A stretch of DNA of 64,000 nt, taken from Kudoa neothunni. Lineage: Eukaryota > Animalia > Cnidaria. The DNA is taken from the NCBI GenBank assembly GCA_964304625.1, contig OZ199840.1:9346882-9410881 (forward strand), given 5' to 3'. Each line of letters begins with the position of its first letter. Position 1 is the stretch's first letter. Below the pieces are notes generated by a model. It worked only from the letters and a program-made list of their open reading frames with translations. It was not told the origin of the DNA and did no database searches. The translations under genes and the position numbers were made by a program. This document shows, one piece after another, positions 11,130 to 23,800 of the stretch.

Positions 11130-13792
11130 TGGAGGTCGTGATTTTCGATTAAAATCGATAAAAGTCAAATTTTTTTTAATATTTTTATATTATTCGGATA
11201 AAATCGAGATAATTTACTTGTATTTTTCGTTTCCTCATGGGCAGAAAAAGAAGACAAATTGACAATTATGTAGCCGAATAAACATGTTTATAAAATGCGG
11301 ACAACAATCTAATTAGTAGATTTTGTAAGAAAACATTGCATCTATCACAAAATAGAATTTTGGCGAATATTTATTAAAAAAAAACTTGTCGTTAGAAAGC
11401 GTCTTTTGAGAATTTACCACAAATTTTCGATATTTTTTTAGAGACAGAAAAATGAGTTATGAATGAACCTGGATTTTATTGCTACGTTTGATGGGCCTCC
11501 ACTGTTATTTATTGATAGAGATAGTAGATATCGCGATGTTTCCGTAAAATAATGTTATGATAGTCAATCATTGTGTAGTGGGAGAATTTTGGTAGATAAA
11601 AATCCGCCAACAATATCATAATAAAATTCGAAAACTAATAAACCAATCTTGGGAAATAAATGATGTTCCCTAGTAATAGACGAAAGTTCTGATTTTAAAA
11701 TAGTTCATTAACCTTCTAGTGAATTTGGGGGGAATTTTTACCCCAACGAGAAGTTATTGGTTGTATACATAATTCGTTGGTTCTTCATTGGACACAAATT
11801 TTTTACCGATCGATCATGTAAAAAAGTTAGTAATGTATGATTTCGAAATATAATGACTAAAAATATTAAATCAGAAAAATTATATCAAGATTACACTCCA
11901 ATGAATTTTTGGGGAAAAAAATTACCACGGATTTTATTCACACCAATTTGTAGATAAAATAATTATTATTATGTAAGTCTAATTATAGGTTTATCTGATG
12001 GATAAATTTGAAGTTATTACCTATACTGATGTTCACGTGACTTCCGTTTTTAATTTTAACATGGCGATGATTGAGATGAATGTCACCGATAGTAATTAAA
12101 ATGATGAATAAAATTCTTTTAAAATGATTATAAATACTTTAAATCTGATATGTCGTAAGAATCTGACGAGATTGAAAACTTTGGGAATGAATTCAGGTCA
12201 ATCCATAATCAGTAATGAAGGCCGATGGTGGTGTTTTTCCATTTAATGGATTTATTATTTATAAATTCATTAAAATTTACAAAAAAAACTTTCAAGATAA
12301 TATGGTTATGAGAAAGTTTTTGAAAATATTACAAAGCTACTAAATCTTTCCATTAATGATTAATGGAAGAAACATCCTTGAAACCCAACCTTATCTATTC
12401 TGCTGTAACTCAGAATTCCAAATAAATGAATACTATTTTCAAAGTTTAAATGTTTTGACGGAAAATTGATTAGAAACCTGCTACTACTTGTTTCAGATGT
12501 ACGAAACTGCCGCAAAATTTATTCTGAGTATTTGCGAACCTTATTCTCATTAGATGATTTATTTTGTTGCGCAAATAATAATTAAATATTTATTACATAA
12601 TATAAATGTGAAATCCACTCAAATATTAAGCTGTAATCAAAAATTGTCATTGCGGATTTTAACGAATACAATTTTCGTAGGATTATGAGGATTACTACTC
12701 GAGTGTGAGTTGTTTTGCAGCTGAATCTAGCTAGCAGTGGGATTTTGTCTATTTTTATTTTCTTAGATCGAATATTTTTCTTGGTTCGAATGGATGAATA
12801 AAAAAGTGGGGTAATTTTTTACCCCAAAATTCATCGGAGTGAGTGCAGTCAATTTTTAGTACACCCGAGGGTTAATTAACATATTGGTTCGTTTTTATGA
12901 TCCAGAAACAGAAGAAAAATCTATATTTATGATTGATTTAAAAATCCTCAGTGAATTTAATTTGTTATTTTCCACGAAGTAATTTCAGAGGAACTTCAAA
13001 AGAATAAATTAGATTGGCAAAACTTTATGGCCATCATATCGGGGGTCCGCTTCGTTTATGGGGAAATCTCACCAAAATATGTAACTACTTCGTAGTCGTA
13101 TCGTAAGGATGTTATGTGTTTCAGATTTAATCCTCAGTACAATACAGAAACCCGTGGATGTCAAATTTTTAAACATTAAGGAATTCTGTGGTAAGTTATC
13201 GGCTTTGCTATCTAAAAAAGCTTCTTATTATGGATACGCTAGCAAAATAAAATCATGAATGAAATACCAAATTTCGTTGATGCGTTCAGCTCTGAATTAT
13301 CCAACTTGATCAAAAAAATAGAAGGATTTTTTCTTAAAATTCATGAAAAATATCGGAATCATTAAAAGTAAAAATATTGATAAATTTGTTAACGTCGATC
13401 AACGAGAAATTCTACAGCAAGAGTTGTTGAAATTTTCACTCCATAGAAGAGATAACATGATAGGTTCTGGATTTTAGAGAATAAACAAATCAAAGCATTG
13501 CGTATTGTCTAGGTTGGGCTAGAATTTGGCGCATACACCGCTATCACCCACAGTTGTGGAAAATATTTTCTCGAAGTTGAAACGTTTTCACGCAATCTAA
13601 TAATAAATCTGGAATTCTAACAAATAGAAATGCTTTAAATGTTATATATTAAAGAAAAATTGTATACAAATATATTTATGTTTATATCGTTGACACTGAG
13701 CTGGATAATAAAGTAATCATATTGTGCATGAGCTAGTATTTAACATATCCGTCGAATTTTTTGAAAATAGTTGCAGAAAATTACGGCCTCTA
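11130..13792 (+). mobile_element. Decayed hAT transposon
   Basis: Imperfect TIR TGGAGGTCGTGATTTTC / TAGAGGCCGTAATTTTC (rc). Degenerate 8-bp TSD gttattat/gctataat. Relic peptides SLVIDESSD (~11668) and PLSPTVVENIFSKLK (~13538). Confidence 0.75.
11712..12871 (+). mobile_element. Non-autonomous piggyBac derivative nested in the hAT
   Basis: TTAA on both sides (11708-11711, 12872-12875), CC...GGG termini, subterminal GGGG-aattttt-ACCCC repeats. The hAT peptide resumes after the right TTAA (INILVRFYDPE). Confidence 0.7.
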
Positions 13793-13929
13793 GCTATAAT
13801 ATAAGAGCATCTTATATTATTAAACATCAATAAAGATTTTATAGAAACTAAGAACAATAAGATATTCGAAAAACATTTATGTACATAAAATTAGAGAAAA
13901 TAAATATTAAAAATTATTAAATTCGAATT

Positions 13930-15734
13930 CTAAGTGTTTTTTTCATTTCCATTTTTCACATACCATAATTTTTTTAATGGATCAAAAAATAACAGTAAAT
14001 TCCTATCCAACTCAGACTGTGAAGAGTTGGCTGTGATGGACGAAATCCAATCATCAAAGTGCTGGCTAAAAAAGGGATTGACCAATGTGCCATATTGAGA
14101 GAATTGATCATAGGAGTATATTTTGGGATGGTGTTTTGAGTAAGGATTGTTCTTTAGACATTGTTGAGCGGCAACATACAACATAGCAACATCATCTTTG
14201 AGTAAGCTGCTGCCGAATATTTGGCAGTTTGTATGTTCAGATACCGCCTTTTTCAGTTCCCAGCCAGACGAAACAATTGGTGAATTTCTCTAATTAGCAA
14301 CCAATTAATTCAATAAATCAAAGAAATTAATTCAATCACATTTAGAACCACTAAAATAGGTTTATCATTAAGTTGGCGTCGGTTAATAAATTCGAGTAAT
14401 AATTTAGAAAAGTCTTTGAGTTGAATATGAATAATAGCATTATTATCTCCACCTTCGTTACGATATTTTATGTTAAAACGTTTTCTGTACAAAAAAATTA
14501 AATTTGAAACGTCCACAATAGCTTCAAATGATGTTTTCTTAACCAGTCGATCGAGTTTGATCAATTCCATATACAGCTTGGGTAGTTTTGATTCTGTAAC
14601 CCTAATTAATCCGCGTTTACATTGTTATCAACTTTAGAATAGAAAACCGTTTTAAGTTAGTAACAAACTGGTTAAGCGCTCTTCTAACACGATCTGCATC
14701 TAAAGTAAACCAAATTATCATCGCGGCTCGAATATCAGCGTTATAAGGGCAACTTACACTCGCACAAAAGTTCATTTTCTGTAGAACAACGAATGAATCT
14801 ACCATTCAGTTTTTTCAGTTGATCAAATTCTGTCTCATTCAAGTTTTGTTTCGTGTATTTTTTGAACATAATATAGGTGTGTAGATTTCTAAATAGCAGT
14901 TTCAATAAATAGGGCGTATTCGGCAACTATGGCACTTCAGAACAAGGGATTCATTCGTCATTAAGTTGGTTTCAGTTAGCTTAAGTTGGTCGGTGACGGC
15001 CAAATCAACTTGACCTTGTTGTTTTTGAGTCCATTTACTGGCAAGATCTTTTCTTAAATAAATGTATCTAACAAGTTGGTTTAAGAACTGGCTCTTCAAA
15101 TCTTCATCCCTTTTCCAATTTAAAAAATTCTCATTCAAAACACCGACAATTTTGGTCAGCAAATTTTTATCAACCCCGCATAGATTCTATGAGGTAATTA
15201 AAAATTTTAAAAATTCAATATAAAAACTTCAAATAAATAGGACCAATATTTGGATGGAATTTTTGTGGAAGCAAATGTAGTGATAAAACTCATTAACAAC
15301 AAATGAATAGAAGAATAATGCAGTTTGTAGTCACGGTGCAAACAAACAATAATATTTAGGAATTTAAATAATTTAAGATGGTTGTTCTCTATCATATCCA
15401 AATATGACACCACTAAATGTTTGTCTATTGTGTTGAAATAGATTTCTGGAGAGTGAAAAAGAAGGTAGAGCCATAAATCCACTTTCAGCTCATCATTATT
15501 TCTACCAGTATCGCTATCATAGCGCATACTTAGTAAAGTTAATGCTTTAAGTATGTCTTTGTTGTAATAGGCCATATTACTGTCAAATTCGAAATTGTGA
15601 AAAATTTGATTGTGAGGTAGCTTTTGAGAGGGAAGTTTTGTGGTTAATTTTATATAGAATGGTGTTTTGCCTTGTATGGTCACGACCTTTCTTCCTATAC
15701 CTGCTGGAAATATTTGGAAGTAACATTTGTTCAT
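13930..15734 (-). CDS. PRORP-like NYN-domain nuclease, paralog B (no presequence, Zn site apparently absent); about 6 exons
   Basis: The ORF fragments join through 40-60 nt introns. NYN motifs FEAIVDVSNL, KPILVVL, KDDVAMLYVAA and IYSYDQFSQY. The N-terminal region aligns with the neighbouring paralog. Confidence 0.7.
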
Positions 15735-15867
15735 TTAACGTTAAAAAACAGTCGTTTTAAACTACCATGTGATAATCCGCGCATGTGCATTGGTGAAAAT
15801 TTTGAAACATTCATCGAAATAACTGTTATTTTCCACACATTGATAGTTTAATTGTGTTGATAAAATA
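15735..15867. promoter_or_regulatory. Putative bidirectional promoter (133 bp between divergent ATGs)
   Basis: Divergent start codons at 15734 and 15868. Contains the near-palindrome GCGCATGTGC (~15779-15788), which resembles an NRF1-type site. Confidence 0.5.
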
Positions 15868-17964
15868 ATGAGGTCGGTTGTGCGAAAAAATTTTAAAATT
15901 TTACGCAAACCATCTACCACGCTAACAAACAGCAGTGCGAATAAGACATTTCAAGTGTTCCCAGTTGATCTGAGGGGGCACAAAGAAGTGATATTTTCAG
16001 ACACTTCACATTATTATTTGAAATGCCCACTGGTTTCAACCACCTCCCAAAATGAGGAACTATTCAGTAAAATGTCGCATTTACTGGAAAAATCCAAAGA
16101 AGTGCATTTCTACTGTAGAAATAGTTTACGGTCGTTAGCGTTATTACTGGAAGCGAAGAAAGATTTCAACAGCAACAACTTGAATCGACTGGAATATTTG
16201 ATCAGTGTGATTATTAATGAGTACCCAAATGTGATAACAAAGAGCGGACTTGGACCTCAAATCATTAGACAGTTTTTGGATGTGATTGCAAAGGTGAATC
16301 CTAAAGGAGAGAAAATGAACGATTGGCTTGGAGTGTTGTTTTTTGAAAACAAGTTAAAATGTGGTGTTGAAAATTTTGGAGACACATTTTCCCAATCAAC
16401 ACTGACAACGATCATGAAAAACTTTGTGCAAAATCCCGCGCAAATTTACGTAAACAACGTACATTTGGCCGACATCCTCGAAAGATACAATGATATCACT
16501 ACGCTTCGTGGAACTACTTTCATTGCCAACATGGTTGATATGTGTTTTCAGAGGGGAGCCTATTTTCGACCCGAACTAATCGAAATGTTGTACCGAAATT
16601 TGTTGGACTACAAGCTGAAAAGTTGTCAGTCGTTAGGAATCCGGTATTCGATTCCGCATTACATACTTAAACATATCGATTTCCAGCTGGATGGTATCAA
16701 CTACGTGTTAGATCGTTTAAAATTGTCGATGAATACAAACGAAGACGATTCAAAAGATGGCACTTTCTCTAGAGAATTATTTCAACCAGCCACAAATCAT
16801 TACAAGAATTTAGCTAGAAAGTTTGATTCAAATCCAGCTTCAAGTCAATTATGTTGTCAATTATTTTAGAATGTTAAGCCTGAAATTCGAGTACCTGTCC
16901 AAACGTTACGATAACTTCTATTCGAAGGATCTAAAGCAATTGATATCGCTGATGCCTCGCCAAAATTTGAAATTTATATCAACTGGTGGCTTGTCTTTTA
17001 CTGATTATATGGAGAGAAACAAAAATTGTGTTGTGTGTGGTGCAGAATGGAGTTTAAACATTAACACTGTTGAAAATTTAAAACGTTTTTCTGTGGTTAT
17101 CGATCGTTTTGTTGCTACTGCCGAAAAGTAGGCTGCTTATTTTTCATATGTGTATTATCATCTGCTCTTGTGTAGCGAAAATATTTAAATAAATGTTATT
17201 TTAATATTCTATCGTTGATAGCTTTATGAGAAAGTTTGACTTCAATCTACCCGAAGCTGCAACCAAATCCGCCCAACTTGATCCACTCCTTTCTAACCCA
17301 AACTATCACTATATTATTGATTTCAACAACTACATGCTTACTAATCAATCCAACTCAAATCAAGATATTAATTGGAAACAGCTAATAGATCAATTTTTCC
17401 ATGAATTCGAAAACTCTAGCTCCTTTGTGAGCAAAAATATTCTACTTGTTTGTCAGGTTTTTCGAACAAGATGGTTGCGATAATTTAGTTTAATTTATTT
17501 AGATGAGCAAATATCGACCCAAACACTCCAACAACTCATTTCTAACCTATCGCGATGTTGTGGAACGTGCCCATCGAACCAAATTTGTCCATTCGATCAA
17601 CGTCGATGGTTATTCTGATGATTTTGTGTGTTTGTATGTGGCAATGAAACAAATGCAAACAATACTCAGAACCAACAACCACACTCTACCCCTTCCTACG
17701 ATTAAATCCAACGATATCTATAAACAATATGCGTCTCTAGTGGATTTGGATCTGAGAAATCACTTCGATACTTTGTTAGATGTTGTAGTTTCCCCTATGT
17801 GTGAGACAGCGTCCAGGAGCACCTCACCAAATAGTTCCAACGTTTCTCAGACGAAAATTTTGCGTCCGCTTTCTTCAGCTGCTTCCTCCTCGGGAAATAG
17901 CTCCACATGTTCACATATCGTTACTAGCAAAGCCATATATTGTGTCAATTTTAACTCTAATTAA
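15868..17964 (+). CDS. PRORP: PRORP/MRPP3-like protein-only RNase P, paralog A; about 4 exons
   Basis: Basic, S/T-rich, acid-free N-terminus (MRSVVRKNFKILRKPSTTLTNSS), then a helical region, CVVC, NYN motifs YIIDFNNY / SDDFVCLYVAM / IKSNDIYKQY, and C-terminal SHIV...IYCV. This matches the split Zn site of PRORP. Confidence 0.78.
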
Positions 17965-19308
17965 TTAGTTTTTATATTATCTTTTCCTATTGTTTAATCT
18001 CTTCGCGCTAATTAAAATTGTCTTGTGATTAAATTTTTAAATTTTGTGTTAAAAAGTTGAAATTTAGTCCATTTGTATATTTTTGATTACACAGTAGGTA
18101 ATCGGTAATATACAATTTCTTCATTAGCTTAAAAAATTGCTGTTAATTCCCTCGTGTGCGTGTACTCCAATTTAATTTTCTCCATTATTATACATAGGTA
18201 ATATGACTACTTAATAATAACAACTAAAAATATATGTTCAAGTGAAAAATACTCTTCCATTTTTTGATATAATATTTGATTCTTATTATATTGAGCTCAA
18301 TTTTAGTGTATGGCTTGTTCTATGAGGTTATACAAATTCCTTTTTTCCACTGTATTATGTAAAAATATAATTTATTCTATCTTATAATATCGTAAAAACA
18401 TTTCCAACGAACAACTAATTTATACACGATTCTTATGAACATGGTTGAAGTTAAATATTTTAAATGTATATAAATTTTTAATATTAATCGTTTTTCATAG
18501 GGCCATGTTCATGTTGGTTTAGTAAAGCTTCTTCTATGTCCCGCCCTTATTCTTAAAATTTTGTTACTTCGATGGACTTTAATATACAGCACGGTTTTAT
18601 TTTAAAAATAATTTATTCTGTGGTTGAAATTTTTCAAATCATATCTGATAAAATTATTTAAATGATATTGTCTTAATTATATATAAAATCATATGAACAA
18701 CTTTCGAACAATTTTAAAAGTTGGGTGAAGTGTTCATTAGCTGTATTTGTACTAATCTCTGCAGATTATGAGTGTAGTCGTAGTCCTTCCATATTTTATT
18801 CAATTTTACAGCAATGGAATGACTCTAGGTTATAATTTAATCAATTCTTTAGTTATAATTATTTTATCAATTGAGATTAGTTGGAATTTTTAACTTCTAC
18901 AATCCCACCAGGTCATAAGCCCTGATTAACTGACAAATTATTTCTTTACCCTGTTTTTCTGATTTATTTCTAAAATATATCAATAATTTTGAAAAAATCT
19001 TAAACATACTATTTATTTTGATTAAGAGTATACTGTAAAATGTATAGTGATGACTATTATTGCGCCACCAAATACAGATTGGGAAAGTTTTTCGTTATTT
19101 CCTAATTATCTTCAATAATACAAACGCTCTAATTTTAATTTCTTCCCATCGCGATTTAATAAAAATAAAATTTCCGCGGTTTAACCTAAAATGGGCTGGT
19201 TATTTTACACTATATGTGACGAACTTGGGTACAAAAACATAACGCTCGGCAAAAATCGAACACAATATTAAATTAAATATAAAACCATGATATATTTACA
19301 CAGAGTGC

Positions 19309-19990
19309 TCAATTCCTTATTTTTATATTTACTCCTAAACAAAAAATCAGATATATATCCGGGAAAGCTATCCGGACTTTTGTGGGTCGCGTTTCTGTAT
19401 TTGCGTTTGAAAACTCCCCAAGTAGCTTCGCTTCGATTCGATTAGTATGGGCATCTTCATTCGATACAAATCTCCTTTTATTTATCACCTTTGCATGAAC
19501 AGACCCTAAATCGGCCAGTCGATTATACCCAGTCCAACCATCTGTCCGTATTGTGGGTGGAACCGTCTTCAACATTTTAGATGATTATTCCCTCGAGAAC
19601 ACTTTGATTTCTACGGTGGGAAATTTTTAAGAACCAGTTTCAATCTTCATCTATCCTGTCTATCATCCAATACTATTGGTTCTTCAATATTCTACCTACA
19701 TTGTATTTTTTTATTTGAGATAGCGGTCTCGTCGATCTGTACAACAACTCCTATTCCACCGATTTTTTTGGATTCTTCATCAAGTTTTTAAGCCATTAAA
19801 TCGTGAATAATACTCTTCCATTCAAAAATAGAGGCATTTAACCCTATTTTGAAATATAATTGTAGTGTTCCGTAAGTAGTCGTTGGGTTTTGGATGACGT
19901 AAACCACAAAAAGAAAACTTTTCCACAGAGGAAGTTTGGATAATTCGAAAATACTATTTTTTCGGCTGAAATTTGATATAAACCCCCCTA
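19309..19990 (-). mobile_element. Merlin (ISXO2/IS1595-like DDE) transposase relic
   Basis: IGGIGVVVQIDETA (rc of ~19725-19765), TIRTDGWTGY and HTNRIEA motifs, frameshifted. Confidence 0.8.
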
Positions 19991-20104
19991 ATCTTCAAAT
20001 AAAAAAACCATTATATAAGTCGTATATGTACAAGAAGACCTAACCTAATTCAATTTGATAACTAACATTTTGTAACGAAACTATAAATTCGGCCCACTAA
20101 TCTT

Positions 20105-20883
20105 TTATGTTTTCCGTCTCCATTGGAATTCGCCAAGGAACTCATTAATACCATCCATACTGACTGTTCCATCATCATTTATTGGCGAGATTTTGTACTT
20201 GATTGCACCCCATGCCCCATCAATTGTGTTGGTGTGGGCGCCTGTCTCATTATCTACGTATTCTATGCCGTGATTGACAGTGAGATGGTGGTTGAAATTA
20301 TGAAGTTTTTCGTAACTCTTGAAACAATCAATGATAGTCGTCGATCCAGTTTTTACATAACTTTTTATGATATTTATTAGAGTCTCAACATTTCTATCTG
20401 GAACCTCAAACAAAAACATTTCTCTCTCTGGCGTCCTCTCTACACCTACAAGAACCCACGCATCATGACCTCGATTATGTTTCACCTCCCCAAACTTGGA
20501 ATCGTCTATTTCCACAATTACTCCCTCTCCACCAATTATGATGTCTCCGAAATCCAAACTATCAGCCACCATTTGTCTAAGATAGTGACAGTAATTCTGA
20601 TCAGATTGATAGATATTACGCCAACCATCCAATAGTAAGCTAACTCCAAAAAATCATTAGCTTATAGGTTCATGTTGTTAAAAAAAGTTGATTCAAAAAT
20701 TGAAACTTCTTTTCTACAATTTCTTAAGCGGCATCGCCAGTTTTTTCGATGAAGCGTAAATCTAGCTTCCCCACACTTAATGCAATTTGTCGGTTCTTTA
20801 AGAATACCATTATCAATAAGGTATTTAATAGCGTTATGTTCATTTTTAAAAATTTCCCCAAATGACTTCTTCGATGATACCAT
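20105..20883 (-). mobile_element. Merlin (ISXO2-like) transposase, interrupted
   Basis: N-terminal Zn ribbon CIKC...WRCRLRNCRKEVSIFESTFF, then GGEGVIVEIDDSKF, WVLVGVER, DCFKSY, TVNH and HTNTIDGAW. Confidence 0.88.
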
Positions 20884-23800
20884 GGTTAAAATGTAGAATA
20901 GTGGCCGTAATCCAAATCAGCGACCACGATAAAAATCTAACTCGTTGATTATTTTAATTTTTTGTTTTTATCATTGTTTAATCACTAGTAGGATATTTTC
21001 CGCACTGTATTTGTTAGCAATAATAGTTTCTATAATCTATCATATAAATAACTGCTAGCCCCCGTAATTATTTCCACTGGTCATACCATTTAATCGATCG
21101 AGTAAAGCATGCTTTATTTATCCTAAATTTGAGTGTGGTAACTATAATTTTTTATCGATTTTCATATTTCATCATTAGCGATTGTCTATTATTAATTCCA
21201 TCTCCGTAGGAATAGGTTTTCCATATTTTATACCAGAATTAGATGATTAATTAGAGCGATTTTATATATTCATTTTAAAAAATAAATTTTTGGATTAAAT
21301 CCACTCATTCCTATCACAAATTGTTCAACTAATATCAAACTAATTTTATTTAATCATAGAAAGCTCAGTGGGTCCTTTTTGGTCAAAAATTTAATTAAAT
21401 GCTTATAAAATTATAGGGATATTCTATATAACAAAATTAATGTTACATAAATTATCTCATAAATTTTATATAATTATATTTACAGGAGTCAATAAAATTT
21501 GTTCATCCTATGTATGTTTTTTATCAGACTTTTCAAAAAGTTACACAAAGGCTCAATGGGCCGCTTTTTGGTCCAAGAATAAATTGACCAAATAAAGTTT
21601 CTTTAGTATCGTACAGACTTCTTTTATAGTTTATTTAATTCAAAATAAGAAATGGTATTTTGTGGAATAATTTCAGGAATCTATAAATTAAATTTATCCG
21701 TAGAGAATGATTTTTGTAATATTTAACTGTTCATTGAATCTATTAATTCTTTGTTCTAAATTAAGATTTTTTGGTAAGAAATAACCCTTAATGTAATAGA
21801 AACTTTTTTTTCGAACCATAATATTTCGTATATTTTCCATCGAAGATAAATCTCGAACGTGGGTAATTTTCATAAAAATATTAGCTATTTGTCAATTCCA
21901 TCAACAATCCAACAAGACTAGTAGACTTAAATTCATCCTCAGCGTTTTACCCCCTGCAAATATAGGACTCGTCATTCTTTGACAACCAAACCAGGAGAGC
22001 CAATTTTCCATCGTGGGCGTTTAAGCGTTCTGAGTGAATCTTACAAATATATTTTGTTCAATCAAGCAAAGTGTACTCTGAACCAACACACAACAATTTA
22101 TATATGGATTGATTTAATATTCTTTTTTCATCGATATTAAAATACAATAAGGCCAAGATCTGCCGTAATGATAAATGCCACTCTTTAAAAATTACCCTTT
22201 TCTGAAAAAATATTTATTTTTGTGATTGACCATGTACATATCTGATAAGCATTTGTAACACTTTATAAACTTGGGCTAGAGTTTTAGGTTTTTTAACAAG
22301 TTAGTAAATTTTTTAAAATCTAATTTAAACAAAAACAAGCCTCGTAATAACATAATGTCTATATTACCTAATGAAAACTCCATTTTCGAAACCGATTCGC
22401 GATTTCTTCCGTTAGTCCCCAATGAATCACCTCAAACTGCAGTTTAGCCAATTTCAAAATAGTATTCATATCTTCGCTCGTTTTCAGATACACGATTTAA
22501 TTAAAAAATAACACTATAATAATAAATTTCAATTTTTACAGTATTTCAAGATTAAAATGAATCATATTTTTAGTTATAAATATTTTCTGCGTTTAAACAA
22601 CGATTAAACTATGAGTCTAAGTAGTTGTAGTAGTTTAAATATTGTTTAGAAGTAATTTTAGTTGGTCCTTCCGTAATAGCATTAAATAATTCTTATTGTC
22701 GGAAGAATTTTTATTTCTTACAACTGACATCAAATATTGGAAAATATCTCATTTGGATTTAAAAAGGACCATAATGTAATAGGAAAATTAGTTTTTAGAC
22801 AATTTTTGCAAAACTTCTTGTGCAATTATCATCTACTAAACTTTGAACGAAAAAATACCATCCTGATTTCATCTTAAAATTCATCCAATCAGTGATTTGT
22901 GAACATCCATTCTATACGCTCGAAAATTTATTCCTTTGTATATTTCTGAGGTATTTCGTAAGAAACCAAACAAACAATATTAATTTCTACGAATAGAATA
23001 AGTCTATTTCGCATTCTTACGTGCAATGTCACATATTTTCGTTTATTTATGTTGATTCAATTTTGATTCGGTAAGGGTGTATTCCAACCCGATGTATTGC
23101 TGAGCAAGTTTAAAAATTGTTTTTAAATAAAAAAATAAAGTATTTTTAATTTATAAAACGTTTACAACAATAATTATATCATTTTAAACGATTTGTTGCA
23201 TTTTGATCTTGAAATACTGTATTAATAACCATAAAAATTTATTTATTTAATTATATAACTTGATGCACAGCTTGGTAAATATTCATTCAGTCATAATTTT
23301 TTAATACAAAGGAATATTGTTTATCGCACTACATATAAACTTGAATTCAGTTTATATAATCCCATTACTATCAACTCAATAAATATTTTTGTTGCGAAAA
23401 TTGTTTTAGCTAAATTCTTTTAATTGCTTGTATCTGTGCTATTTGTGAGAGTTGGGTAGGAAAATTAACCCTTTTTCAAAAAATTCCAGGCAAGTTTGTT
23501 TTTTGTTTGATTATACGTTCATATTAGAAAGTATAGTTTGTTTATCGGATCCAAAATCTTTTATTATTTGTAAAATAGGCACGTATGCGCGTGCGTGATA
23601 TGCTTTTTGCCAAAATCGTTTAAATTTTAAAACATCTATTTATCTCTAATTCACTTTGGAGTACATATATAATTTGAATTTTAAATAATTTAGGAATATT
23701 TCGACTTAACAGCCTCCACACTGACGATAATCTACCATGAAGTTTATGCTAAAAGTCGTCAAAATGGTTTCAATTATTAATATAGATTTTTATCTCACAA

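Noticed and set aside
20105-20883. IS1595-like transposase as bacterial contamination or recent HGT
   Set aside because: Eukaryotic Merlin elements share this domain. Several decayed copies are embedded among intron-containing genes.
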